From an uncultured delta proteobacterium (lineage in GTDB: Bacteria; Desulfobacterota; Binatia; UBA9968), in contig CAVSHR010000004.1 in assembly GCA_963727625.1 (NCBI GenBank), forward strand, positions 448,001-512,000: a stretch of DNA of 64,000 nt, in the 5' to 3' direction. Every line of letters begins with the position of its first letter. Within the stretch, counting starts at the first letter, position 1. Of the stretch, positions 11,010 through 20,686 are shown piece after piece. A model generated the notes under the pieces. The model worked only from the letters and a program-made list of their open reading frames with translations. It did no database searches and was not told the DNA's origin. Made by a program: the position numbers and the translations under genes.

Positions 11010-11393
11010 TCAACCTCCTAACGCATGGGACAAAATACTGCCGACCCACACCGCTCCCAAACCAAGCGCCAACTGCAAGCCGATATTGGCGAGAGCGGCG
11101 ATACTCTGGGTATCCCGCGCCAGCGCGAAAGTTTCCAGAGCAAACGATGAAAAGGTGGTGAAGCCTCCGAGGAATCCGACGAAAATGCACAGACGAATCT
11201 CCGGAGTAAATGCCGCCCGAGCCTCGGCCATGCCCGCCAAAAAGCCGATCGAAAGACAACCAAAGGAGTTGACCACCAGCGTGCCATAGGGAAACCATGG
11301 ACTATCGAGAACCTTATACGTCCAACTGCTTAGCCCGTAACGGAGCACACCGCCGACAAAACTCCCCAGCCCAACTAAGATGATTTCAAACAT
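11010..11393 (-). CDS. crcB: Fluoride efflux channel Fluc/CrcB
   Basis: GGVLRY, FPYGTLVVN, GFLGGFTTFSSF motifs. Confidence 0.96.
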   Translation of the reverse strand: MFEIILVGLGSFVGGVLRYGLSSWTYKVLDSPWFPYGTLVVNSFGCLSIGFLAGMAEARAAFTPEIRLCIFVGFLGGFTTFSSFALETFALARDTQSIAALANIGLQLALGLGAVWVGSILSHALGG

Positions 11394-11414
11394 TCCGAAA
11401 CCTCACCCAAACCA

Positions 11415-11452
11415 AAAGGAAAGACCCCCTACTTCAATTTTCGCAAAGTAGG
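11415..11452 (-). terminator. Intrinsic terminator forming the riboswitch expression platform
   Basis: Minus-strand stem CCTACTT...AAGTAGG followed by a U-rich tract; its 5' arm overlaps the aptamer 3' end (GCCTAC). Confidence 0.7.
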
Positions 11453-11503
11453 CGTCATCAACTCGCTCTCGCGAATGATTTACCCGGCGAACCTCATCGC
11501 CAT
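11448..11503 (-). ncRNA. Fluoride (crcB) riboswitch aptamer
   Basis: Minus strand ATGGCGATGAGGTTCGCCGGGTAAATC...TGATGACGCCTAC matches the GGCGAUG..UUCGCC..AA..UGAUG.C.CCUAC consensus and lies directly upstream of crcB. Confidence 0.93.
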
Positions 11504-11515
11504 AAAGATTTGCGC

Positions 11516-11545
11516 ATTATCGATACAAAGCCGAAAACAAGTCAA
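11516..11545 (-). promoter_or_regulatory. Sigma70 promoter for riboswitch-crcB
   Basis: TTGACT (11545-11540), 18 nt, GATAAT (11521-11516), which puts the start site just 5' of the aptamer. Confidence 0.65.
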
Positions 11546-11836
11546 ACTAACCGCGCACCGCACGGCGGATTTTCCCTTTGGGTCGCATCGGAAAGCGGCT
11601 GTGCGGCTTAAATCGAAGCCGGCACATACGGGTCATCACCGTAAATACTCCGCTGCGCCCGCCTTCGAGCAAGCACCCACATCGCATCAATCTGCATTGT
11701 CGTAAGGACGGCAATTTTTCCCAGCTAGCACTGGACATCCGCTATCCAAAGGGATTACGATAACATTTAGTGTCAGTGCGGCTTCGCTCCTCACCCCGGA
11801 ACTCGAAGGTTTTTCCAATCTACTCGAGGCAGGGTT

Positions 11837-12574
11837 ATGAATATGAATTTTCCGAAATTAAATTGCTTGATAGCCCTCTGTTCATTCGCATTGCTATTGG
11901 CCGGCGCGCCCCTTGTTTTGGCGCAGCCGGTCGGCAAAGTGGCCGAGGAAGTGATCAACCAGGCGGCGACCGACGGGTCGGTGTTGGTCCTGGTGGGATT
12001 GAAGGTTCCATGGCAAATGGAATCGACCCTCAGCGAAGACCAGGTTCGCCGCCAGCGCGAAGCCATCGCCTCTATCCAAAAAGATCTTCTATCGGAGCTT
12101 GACGGCAAGTCCTATAAGATCATGCGCCGCTACGATAGCATCCCGGGCATCGCTTTAGAGGTCGGCGCCGACGCCTTGGCGGAACTGGCCAGTTCGCCAA
12201 ATGTCACCAATGTGCTGCTGGACCGTCCCGCCGTCGGCGCGGAAGAATCGTCGGCATCGGACAAGGTCCCAACACAACTGTTCAAGAGCGCGGCCAGCAA
12301 TGGCACCGTGCTCGTGCTCGCTGGATTGAAGACTCCGTGGCAACGTGAAGACCAGCTGAGCGACGAGCTCATCGCGCTTCAGAGAAAAGCGATCTTGAGC
12401 GCGCAAAGCTATGTCCTCGCCGAATTGAGCGGCACGCAATTTAGAGTCCTGCGCCTCTATCGGAGCATACCCGGCATCGCTCTGCGGGTCGGCGTGGATG
12501 CGCTGCGCGTGCTGCAAGACTCCCCCGCGGTAACCAACGTTCTCCCGGACCGCCCGGCCGGCGTGACACGCTGA
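11837..12574 (+). CDS. Secreted protein of two tandem subtilase propeptide (inhibitor I9-like) domains
   Basis: Signal peptide, then two homologous units of about 100 aa (G.VLVL.GLK.PWQ...Y.SIPGIAL.VG.DAL..L..SP.VTNVL.DRPA); no protease domain. Confidence 0.7.
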   Translation: MNMNFPKLNCLIALCSFALLLAGAPLVLAQPVGKVAEEVINQAATDGSVLVLVGLKVPWQMESTLSEDQVRRQREAIASIQKDLLSELDGKSYKIMRRYDSIPGIALEVGADALAELASSPNVTNVLLDRPAVGAEESSASDKVPTQLFKSAASNGTVLVLAGLKTPWQREDQLSDELIALQRKAILSAQSYVLAELSGTQFRVLRLYRSIPGIALRVGVDALRVLQDSPAVTNVLPDRPAGVTR

Positions 12575-12912
12575 AGCTTAACAATATTCCCTGAGCACCA
12601 AGCGCGCACCGGACAAGGATTCCGACGCAATTCAATCGATGGCGGAATTTCTCGCTCGGTGATACCCAACCCGCGGGTTGACCGACTTTGTTCGAAGCAT
12701 ATCGCTTCTCCGTTCTGCGCCAGCGAGCTTCTATCAATTGAATTCCAGCCATGAGTCCCGATTAAATCGCTTCACGCCACACGAGTCTTGCTGCGTAGCC
12801 CTGTGTGTTCTGGGGGCGCAGTTTCTTCATTTTTGTGTTGACCCAAGTTCTAAATCTCTCTACGCTAACGGAGACTCACCGTCAATTCACTTACCTGGAA
12901 GGAGGAACAGAC

Positions 12913-14427
12913 ATGGATACAACCCTAGATCAAATCAGCCAAGTCATAGCGACCTATGTACCGAACCTACTCGGCGCATTGGCAATTTTGGTTGTGGGAT
13001 GGCTGGTCGCGCGGGTGGTTGCCGCACTCATCCGCGGCGGTCTGCGCCGCACGAGCTTCGACAACCGAATCGCGGCGTGGATCTTCCGCGACAAACCGCA
13101 GGAAGCGCTGCCTGTGGAAAGCTGGATTACCAAGGCGGTTTTTTACGTATTAATGATTTTCGTCTTGATCGGTTTCTTTCAGGCGCTGGGTTTAACATTG
13201 CCCACGGAGCCGTTGAATCGACTGCTCACCGACGTCTTTCGCTTCGTGCCGCAGATTCTCGCGGCCAGCTTGCTCTTGCTGATCGCATGGATCTTGGCCC
13301 GGGTACTGCGGGCGATCGTCGCCGGCGTCTTGACTGCGGCGAAGATCGATGAGCGCTTGACGGCGCGCGTAGGCGGCGATGGAGAAATGGGCGTGTCCCT
13401 GACCCAGACTTTTGCCGACACCGTTTATTGGCTGGTGTTTCTGTTGTTTCTGCCCGCGGTTTTGAACGCGCTCGCTTTGCAAGGGTTGCTGCTGCCGATT
13501 CAGGGGATGCTCACGAAGATTTTGGAATATCTTCCGAACCTCTTTAGCGCGGGACTCATTCTCGCAATCGGCTGGCTGCTCGCGCGCATTATCCAGGGCA
13601 TCACGACGAATCTCTTGGCCTCCATCGGCGTCGATCGGATCAGCGAGCGAGCCGGCCTTCGCGCGGTCATGGGACAACAGCGCCTGTCCTCGGTCATCGG
13701 CCTGGTTCTTTATGTCGTAATTCTCATTCCGGTGCTGATCGCCGCCCTGGATGCATTGGCGCTTCAGGCGATCACCCAGCCGGCGAGCAATATGTTGAAC
13801 TCGATTCTGGCCGCCTTGCCGGCGCTCTTCGCCGCCAGTTTGATCCTGATCATCGCCTATATCGTCGGACGGATTGTCGGCGGCTTAACCACAAACCTAT
13901 TGACCGGCATTGGCTTCGATGCCGTGTTAAGCAATCTCGGTTTGCGCGCGCAACCCGCCCAGGGAGAGCGCACGCCTTCGCAAGTCGCCGGCAACTTGGT
14001 TCTAGTGGCGATTATGCTCTTTGCCACCATCGAAGCCGTTCGTGAATTGGGCTTTGTTGTATTAGCCGACCTAGTCGCCCGATTCACCGTGTTCGCCGGT
14101 GAAATTGCCCTCGGACTGGTCATCTTCGCCATCGGCCTTTATCTCGCTAACCTCGCTTCGCGCACGATTCTCACCGGCAGCGCCGCGCAATCGTGGCTCT
14201 TGGCGCTCGCCGCGCGCGTCTCGATCATCGTTCTGGCCGGCGCCATGGCGCTGCGGCAGATGGGGCTGGCGAGTGACATCATCAATCTGGCCTTCGGCTT
14301 GTTGCTCGGTTCGATCGCGGTTGCCGTCGCCCTTGCGTTCGGACTGGGCGCGCGCGATATCGCCGGGCGAGAGCTTTCCGAGTGGATTCAATCCTTGCGC
14401 TCGCGCGGCAGCGGGCCGCGCAGTTGA
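12913..14427 (+). CDS. TM-helix-repeat (CmpX/mechanosensitive-channel-associated) membrane protein
   Basis: Repeated (Y/F)(V/L)PN/Q..A..IL..GWL.AR units, C-terminal ALAFGLGARDIAG; RBS GGAGG upstream of ATG 12913. Confidence 0.85.
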   Translation: MDTTLDQISQVIATYVPNLLGALAILVVGWLVARVVAALIRGGLRRTSFDNRIAAWIFRDKPQEALPVESWITKAVFYVLMIFVLIGFFQALGLTLPTEPLNRLLTDVFRFVPQILAASLLLLIAWILARVLRAIVAGVLTAAKIDERLTARVGGDGEMGVSLTQTFADTVYWLVFLLFLPAVLNALALQGLLLPIQGMLTKILEYLPNLFSAGLILAIGWLLARIIQGITTNLLASIGVDRISERAGLRAVMGQQRLSSVIGLVLYVVILIPVLIAALDALALQAITQPASNMLNSILAALPALFAASLILIIAYIVGRIVGGLTTNLLTGIGFDAVLSNLGLRAQPAQGERTPSQVAGNLVLVAIMLFATIEAVRELGFVVLADLVARFTVFAGEIALGLVIFAIGLYLANLASRTILTGSAAQSWLLALAARVSIIVLAGAMALRQMGLASDIINLAFGLLLGSIAVAVALAFGLGARDIAGRELSEWIQSLRSRGSGPRS

Positions 14428-14704
14428 GCCGGAAAAAGCGCCGATTCGCGCTTGAGTTCGAAGAGTCTGCCGAGCTCTCCTTCAGCTTCAATGAAGGAGA
14501 ACTCGGCAACTCGCAGTTACGTCGTGAGGCTCAAGGTGCGCCCTGCCCCCAGTGGTAGAGCCACCCAGTACAACCAACCGGAGCCCTGCCCGTCCTTTTT
14601 GACAAATTTCGCCACGCGGTTTGCCGCTACCGCAAGAGCTGAATATACTGCGGCAAACCGGCTCAATGAATTGCGCACAAAGCGGGCGAAGGGACCTTAA
14701 CAGA

Positions 14705-15721
14705 ATGTTAAAATGCAGTTTGCAGATGAGCGCGCTCTTGCTGCTGCTTTTCTGGCGTGTAGATATCGCACCGGCCCAGGCCACAATGGCAGCCGTTACG
14801 AAGAAAGGCTTCATCCAATGCGGCGTGAACACCGGCTTGGCCGGTTTCTCGCAACCGGACAGCAAGGGCGAGTGGCACGGCATCGACGTCGATTTCTGTC
14901 GGGCGATCGCCGCAGCCCTATTCGGCGATATTAAAAAAGTTCGTTACACACCTCTCACAGCGCAGCAACGCTTCACCGCGCTCCAGTCAGGCGAGATCGA
15001 CGTTCTTGCGCGCAATACGACCTGGACGATCAGCCGGGACACCGGCCTCGGTCTCAATTTCGTGGGCGTCAATTACTACGACGGCCAGGGCTTCATGGTT
15101 GCAAAGAAACGCAACGTGAAAAGCGCCACACAACTCAACGGCGCCGCGGTATGCGTCCAGCCGGGCACGACGACGGAGCTCAATCTGGCCGATTACTTCC
15201 GCGCCAAAAAAATGAAATTCAAACCGGTGGTGATCGAGAAGATGGAAGAAGTGCTCAATGCCTACTTCGCCGGGCGCTGTGACGTTTACACCACCGACAT
15301 CTCCGGCTTGATCGCGGCGCGAGCGTCGCGCGCAGCGAATCCTACCGAACACGTGATTTTGCCTGAAGTGATTTCGAAAGAACCGCTCGGTCCGGCGGTG
15401 CGCCAAGGCGACGATCAATGGTTCGACATCGTCAAGTGGTCGCTTTTCGCGATGATCGATGGCGAAGAACTTGGGCTCACTTCCAAAACGATCGGTCGGC
15501 AGATGAAGAGCGCCAATCCCGTCATTCAACGTTTCGTCGGCGCTTCCGGGGACTTCGGCAAGATGCTCGGCGTGAATAAGCACTGGGCGTACAATATCAT
15601 CAAACAAGTCGGCAATTACGGCGAGAGCTTCACACGCAACCTCACTCCCCTTGGCGTCGATCGCGGGAGCAACAAACTCTGGAAAGACGGCGGCCTGATG
15701 TATGCGCCGCCGCTCCGTTAA
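14705..15721 (+). CDS. aapJ: General L-amino acid ABC transporter substrate-binding protein
   Basis: QCGVNTGLAGFS, RFTALQSGEIDVLARNTTWT, ISKEPLGPAVRQGD, GGLMYAPPLR; start uncertain. Confidence 0.9.
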   Translation: MLKCSLQMSALLLLLFWRVDIAPAQATMAAVTKKGFIQCGVNTGLAGFSQPDSKGEWHGIDVDFCRAIAAALFGDIKKVRYTPLTAQQRFTALQSGEIDVLARNTTWTISRDTGLGLNFVGVNYYDGQGFMVAKKRNVKSATQLNGAAVCVQPGTTTELNLADYFRAKKMKFKPVVIEKMEEVLNAYFAGRCDVYTTDISGLIAARASRAANPTEHVILPEVISKEPLGPAVRQGDDQWFDIVKWSLFAMIDGEELGLTSKTIGRQMKSANPVIQRFVGASGDFGKMLGVNKHWAYNIIKQVGNYGESFTRNLTPLGVDRGSNKLWKDGGLMYAPPLR

Positions 15722-15759
15722 CACGCCCGCGACAACGCAGGTTCATCGTATTTACATAA

Positions 15760-16905
15760 ATGACCCCGCGACTCGTAACATCCGTAAATCCGGCCCTTCG
15801 CGCGATCTTGTTTCAAGGCTTGCTGGCTGTGGCGGTGATCCTGGCCGCTTGGTATTTTATCGGGATCGCGGCACAAAACCTGTTGGATCTAGGCGTGGCC
15901 AGCGGCTTTGGATTTTTGTCGCGCGAAGCCGGCTTCGCCATCGGCGAAACCACGCTGCTCTCTTATAGCGCCGCGGACACCTACCTGCGCGCGATCATCG
16001 TCGGCATTCTAAATACCTTTAGAGTCGCCACCCTGGCGGTCCTTTGCGCGACTCTGATCGGTGTGTTGATCGGTGTGGCGCGTTTATCGTCCAACTGGCT
16101 TCTGGCAAAGCTCGCGGCAGCGTACGTCGAACTGCTACGCAACGTGCCGCTGGTCGTGCAATTGTTTTTTTGGTACGCGGTGATTACCGAGAGCCTGCCC
16201 GGTCCGGCCGACGCGCTCAACCCGTTGCCGAGCATTTTTCTCAGCAATCGCGGCTTGGTCTTTCCTTACGTCAAGCTGGCTTCGCTTCACTGGTGGTTCC
16301 TCGGTATCTGCGGCGCTTGGATCGTGGTTACACTCGCGTACCTACGACAGCAGCGCCGGTTAAACTTCAAAATCGTCGCGGTTGCATTGAGCCTCGTGGT
16401 GCTAGGCGGTTTCGTCGTCGCGAGCTTTATTCCGATTCAGATCGAATCTCCAAACTTTGCCGGATTCAATTTTTCCGGCGGCGCCGCCCTATCCCCGGAA
16501 TTCACCGCGCTGTTTCTCGGTCTGGCGCTCTACACTGCGGCGTTTATCGCGGAGATCGTCCGCGCCGGAGTCCTCGCCGTGGAAGACGGTCAACTCGAAG
16601 CGGCCTATGCTCTCGGCCTCAGCCGGCGCCAAGTCATGCGCTTCATTGTTGCGCCGCAAGCGCTGCGCGTCATCGTGCCGCCACTGACCAGTCAATATCT
16701 AAACTGCACGAAGAATAGCTCCCTGGCGGTCGCGATCGGTTACCCAGATTTAGTATCGATCGCCAACACAACGATCAATCAAACCGGCCAAGCCATCGAA
16801 GGCATCGCGATCATCATGCTGGTCTATCTCACGATCAGCCTTGGCATTTCCGCATTGATGGACTTCTACAATCGGCGCATCGCGCTCAGAGGGTATGGGC
16901 GGTGA
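15760..16905 (+). CDS. aapQ: Amino acid ABC transporter permease
   Basis: GFGFLSREAGFAIGE, YTAAFIAEIVRAG, KNSSLAVAIGYPDL. Confidence 0.9.
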   Translation: MTPRLVTSVNPALRAILFQGLLAVAVILAAWYFIGIAAQNLLDLGVASGFGFLSREAGFAIGETTLLSYSAADTYLRAIIVGILNTFRVATLAVLCATLIGVLIGVARLSSNWLLAKLAAAYVELLRNVPLVVQLFFWYAVITESLPGPADALNPLPSIFLSNRGLVFPYVKLASLHWWFLGICGAWIVVTLAYLRQQRRLNFKIVAVALSLVVLGGFVVASFIPIQIESPNFAGFNFSGGAALSPEFTALFLGLALYTAAFIAEIVRAGVLAVEDGQLEAAYALGLSRRQVMRFIVAPQALRVIVPPLTSQYLNCTKNSSLAVAIGYPDLVSIANTTINQTGQAIEGIAIIMLVYLTISLGISALMDFYNRRIALRGYGR

Positions 16906-18008
16906 TGGGCGGTATGGATCGAACGATTGGCCCGATCAAAAGGGCGTATCGATGGCTACGCATTCGCCTGTTTGCCGGCTGGCCGAGCTCATTGGCCACT
17001 CTTACTGTCTTATACATCGCCTGCAAGCTCGTCCCGCCGTTTATCGATTGGGCGGTCGTGAGCGCGGTGTGGTCACCGGTCAAGCCAGAACTCTGTCGCC
17101 TGGCCGATGTTCACGGCGCCTGCTGGGGCTTCGTGGCCGACAAATACCGCTTTATTCTGTTCGGCACTTTTCCCGCCGCGGAGCAATGGCGGCCAGCGTT
17201 GACGATCGCAACCCTGCTCGCGCTCTACGGCTTCAGCGCCACGCCGCTCGTGCGTGGCCGAAGGCTTATGGTGCTCTGGGTGATTGGCCTTGGGGTTATC
17301 GGCGCGCTCATGTGGGGTGGTATTTTCAGTTTGCCCTATGTCGAAAACGAACGCTGGGGCGGGCTCACTTTGACGCTGCTGATCGCTACCATCGGCATCG
17401 GCGCCGCCTTGCCCCTATCGATCCTGCTCGCTTTGGGGCGCCGGTCTAACTTGCCGCTGGTGCGCTGGCTATGCGTGATTTATATCGAGTTGATTCGCGG
17501 CGTGCCGCTGATTTCAGTTTTGTTCATGGCTTCGGTCATGCTGCCGTTATTTCTGCCGGCGGGAGTTTCCATCGACAAACTCCTGCGCACCCAGCTCGCG
17601 ATGATTTTGTTTGCGGCAGCCTATCTGGCCGAAGTGGTGCGTGGCGGCCTGCAAGCGATCCCGCGCCAACAGGAAGAAGCCGCCCAGGCGCTCGGCCTCA
17701 ATTATTGGCAGTGCACGCGTCATGTCATCCTGCCGCAGGCTCTGCGGATCGCGATCCCGCCCCTGGTCAATACCTTTATCGGTTTTTTCAAAGACACCTC
17801 CCTGGTCGTGATCATCGGCCTGTTCGATTTCTTGACCACGATCAAAGTTTCCCTGGCGGAGCCCGCCTGGGCCGGCTTCGGCAGGGAAGCCTACCTGTTC
17901 GCCGCCATCGGTTACTTTATCTTCTGTTACCCCATGTCGCGCTTCAGCCAGGCCCTCGAACGCCCGCTGGCGCCAGGACGGAGAACTCTTATTTTACGGG
18001 AAAATTAA
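16902..18008 (+). CDS. aapM: Amino acid ABC transporter permease
   Basis: GACWGFV, WGGLTLTL, IRGVPLISVLFMAS, AYLAEVVRGGLQAI, FKDTSLV. Confidence 0.9.
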   Translation: MMGGMDRTIGPIKRAYRWLRIRLFAGWPSSLATLTVLYIACKLVPPFIDWAVVSAVWSPVKPELCRLADVHGACWGFVADKYRFILFGTFPAAEQWRPALTIATLLALYGFSATPLVRGRRLMVLWVIGLGVIGALMWGGIFSLPYVENERWGGLTLTLLIATIGIGAALPLSILLALGRRSNLPLVRWLCVIYIELIRGVPLISVLFMASVMLPLFLPAGVSIDKLLRTQLAMILFAAAYLAEVVRGGLQAIPRQQEEAAQALGLNYWQCTRHVILPQALRIAIPPLVNTFIGFFKDTSLVVIIGLFDFLTTIKVSLAEPAWAGFGREAYLFAAIGYFIFCYPMSRFSQALERPLAPGRRTLILREN

Positions 18009-18035
18009 GACGAAGCCTCTGCAGCCCTCACGCGA

Positions 18036-18303
18036 CTATTTGGCTCGATACAAGGCGAAAATCTGATGGTAGAGATCGGTGAGCTCCTGAGTCCTGGGTG
18101 ACTTCGCCATCGGCGTGACGGAGATAAAACCCTTTCGCAACAACTCCTGAATCCATGGCAAGCGCTTGATGCCCCTGCTTACGGCGATGCGCCCGGTCAA
18201 ATCGGACATCTTGCTCTGCCCTTCCTGCGAAATCAGCCAATCGTAAAATAGCATCGCCGCGTGTGGATGGGATGCGTGCTGCATCAGCGCGAGCAGGTCG
18301 GGG
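18036..18303 (-). pseudogene. Orphan 3' fragment of an ABC (Fe/polyamine-type) substrate-binding protein gene
   Basis: PDLLALMQHASHPHAAMLFYDWLISQEGQ is the typical C-terminal SBP motif; no N-terminal part is present. Confidence 0.65.
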
Positions 18304-18660
18304 TCACGCGCATAGAGGTCGAAGAGACGAAAGTCGATGGCCGGACCCTTGAACTTGAACTCCGCGACGCGCCGGCCGCGGCGCAGGCGCGCCGTCTGGA
18401 AAGGTTTCTTTGATGCGCTGAACGGCGGCTTGTTGGTCGTCGATATGAAAACCGAAATGGTCCATCCCCACCTGGACGCGATCGTTGGGATAATTCGGGT
18501 TATTGGCGTTCAATGAGGCGAGGCTCACTTCCCCGTCGGAAAGATGGATCGAACCATTTTTCGTGCGGAACGTTTCTTTCATGTTAAAAACTTTGGAGTA
18601 AAACTCCGCCATCCGTTCCGGCTGGCGCGTCCAAACCGCAAGGTGCCACAACTTCGCCAT
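18304..18660 (-). pseudogene. Frameshifted VOC/glyoxalase-family gene
   Basis: MAKLWHLAVW...HLSDGEVSLA...GMDHFGFHIDD; the expected tail AEFKFKGP..RLFDL is in a different frame after about 18370. Confidence 0.7.
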
Positions 18661-18824
18661 CGTTTTTTCTCCATCGTGCGATTCCCCTCGATAACAAAAG
18701 CCAAGATTCCAATGCAATTAGCAACAACATGCGCCCGCGCCATTCCGCTTACAATCGCGCGCTTGGGAAAATGCTCGATTGACGAATCCGTTCTTACGGG
18801 CCAATATCGCTCGCGAATCAAAAA

Positions 18825-20630
18825 TTGCACTGGTGCGGTCAGAGTCGCGCATCCGTATCAGGCCAAAATCGAGGGCGTTACAGAGGAACCGCCAAACTGT
18901 CCATCAACGCTCATAAAACCCGTCAGATTGCAGAACCTCCGGCGGCTGCCAAAACAAACTTTAGCCGGCGCGATTCGGCGCTGCTCTGGCTGGCGCTGCT
19001 CAGCATCACCGGAGCACTGTTGTTTTTCAATCTTAGATCCTATTCCACGCTCAGAATCACCGAGGGTTATGTCGGGGTACCGGCGCGAGAAATGTTGCAA
19101 TCCGGCGACTGGCTCGTGCCCCGCTTTGCCGGCGAAGCCCGCCTAGAGAAACCTCCTCTAGTCTATTGGCTCGTCGGCGGCCTTGGGAAGATTACCGGCG
19201 GCATCAGCGAATTTACCGTGCGCTCGCCGTCGGCGCTCGCCGGTCTCCTGCTGGTGCTCTTGGTGGGCCGCTGGGGAACCAGCTGGTACGGCAATCGCGC
19301 CGGTTTAGCGGCGGCCCTGATTCAAGCCACTTCCATCTACACCGTACATTGGGGGCGTTTGGGCGTAGTTGACGTCATTCTTACCTTACTCACCACGACG
19401 GCGCTCTACTTAGCCGTCCCAGTAGCCGAGCAGCAGTCAGGCGAACTCCATTCAAAGGCCTCGAATTGTTTTCACCGCCTATTCTCTCGATGGCTTTTCT
19501 TTTATTTCGTTCTCGGCATCGCCGGCTGGGTCAAACCGGTCATCGGCCCGCTGCTCGTGCTCTATAGCTACGGCAGCTTTCTGTTGATCGAGCACCGCTA
19601 CGCGGAGCTGCGTGAAATGGCCAACCCGGCAGGTATTCTCCTATGCCTAGCTATGACGTTGGCGTGGCCGTTTCTGGTCTCGCGACAGAACCCGGAGATC
19701 TGGTCTCTCTGGTTCGCAGAAACGGTCGGTCGCGGCTTGGGCAGCCGCCGCTATAACGATCCGCTCTGGTTTTATGCCGGAGAAATCTTATGGATGACCC
19801 TGCCCTGGACGCCGCTCCTGTTGATTGCCCTGCCGCATAGCTGGCGACGCGCGTGGCAAGAAGGCGACGCGCGCGAACGTTTTCTGTGGATATGGTGGCT
19901 TGGCCAAGTCGCCCTGTTGAGCCTTTCGGCCGGCAAAAAGTCCTATTATATTCTTCCGGCATTGCCGGCCTTGAGCCTGATCGCCGGTCAAAAACTCGCC
20001 GACCTGTCGACGCGACTGGACGTCACGCACGCGCGGCGCCAGAAATTCCTCAACAAAACGCTTATCGCCCTTCTGATTATTTCGAGCATCGCCTTTGCCG
20101 CCGTGCGTTTGACCAAGCAATGGCCCGATCTCTCCTCTATGTGGTCGGTGATAGCGCTCATCTTGGCTCTCGGCGTGGTGACGGCGATCTGGTTTTCCGT
20201 GGCTGGCCGGCACTGGTTGGCGCTTTCCGCTGCCGGCTTTGCACTTTTGCTGGCTACCTTAATTGTCTACGGATGGGTTTATCCTTTCTTCGACAACAGA
20301 GCGGGCGCCCTGGAACTGTCCCGCTCGGTGGCGCGATTGGTGCCCGCGCAAAAAGAAGTCATCCTCATCGCGCCGAATCGAAGTCCGCTGACTTTTTACA
20401 TCAGACCTCCGGTGCGCCTCGCCCAAGGGGCCAACGCAATCCGTTTTCGTCTCAGCCGTGAAAGAGAACTTTTTGTCGTCGGTGAAGCCTCGGCTGTCAT
20501 GCAGTTGAGCGGGTTAGGCAAACTCGAGGTTCTACAAAACATCCGGCTCGCGCCGCACGCCAACACTGGGGCGAGGCAAGAAATCAGCCTCGCAAGGCTT
20601 GGCCCAGGGGCCCACCAATATGCTCGCTGA
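18825..20630 (+). CDS. ArnT/PMT-like (GT-C) glycosyltransferase
   Basis: AREMLQSGDWLVPR..GEARLEKPPLVYWL, SEFTVRSPSAL, SAGKKSYYILPALPAL, many TM helices; start uncertain. Confidence 0.85.
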   Translation: MHWCGQSRASVSGQNRGRYRGTAKLSINAHKTRQIAEPPAAAKTNFSRRDSALLWLALLSITGALLFFNLRSYSTLRITEGYVGVPAREMLQSGDWLVPRFAGEARLEKPPLVYWLVGGLGKITGGISEFTVRSPSALAGLLLVLLVGRWGTSWYGNRAGLAAALIQATSIYTVHWGRLGVVDVILTLLTTTALYLAVPVAEQQSGELHSKASNCFHRLFSRWLFFYFVLGIAGWVKPVIGPLLVLYSYGSFLLIEHRYAELREMANPAGILLCLAMTLAWPFLVSRQNPEIWSLWFAETVGRGLGSRRYNDPLWFYAGEILWMTLPWTPLLLIALPHSWRRAWQEGDARERFLWIWWLGQVALLSLSAGKKSYYILPALPALSLIAGQKLADLSTRLDVTHARRQKFLNKTLIALLIISSIAFAAVRLTKQWPDLSSMWSVIALILALGVVTAIWFSVAGRHWLALSAAGFALLLATLIVYGWVYPFFDNRAGALELSRSVARLVPAQKEVILIAPNRSPLTFYIRPPVRLAQGANAIRFRLSRERELFVVGEASAVMQLSGLGKLEVLQNIRLAPHANTGARQEISLARLGPGAHQYAR

Positions 20631-20686
20631 TTCCAAACGACGAGCCTTGTCCCCCAAGTTCCCTGATTCTTTTGGCAAGAAATTTT

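Noticed and set aside
14545-14600. CAGTGGTAGAGC resembling a tRNA D-arm
   Set aside because: No T-arm (GTTCRA), acceptor stem or cloverleaf.
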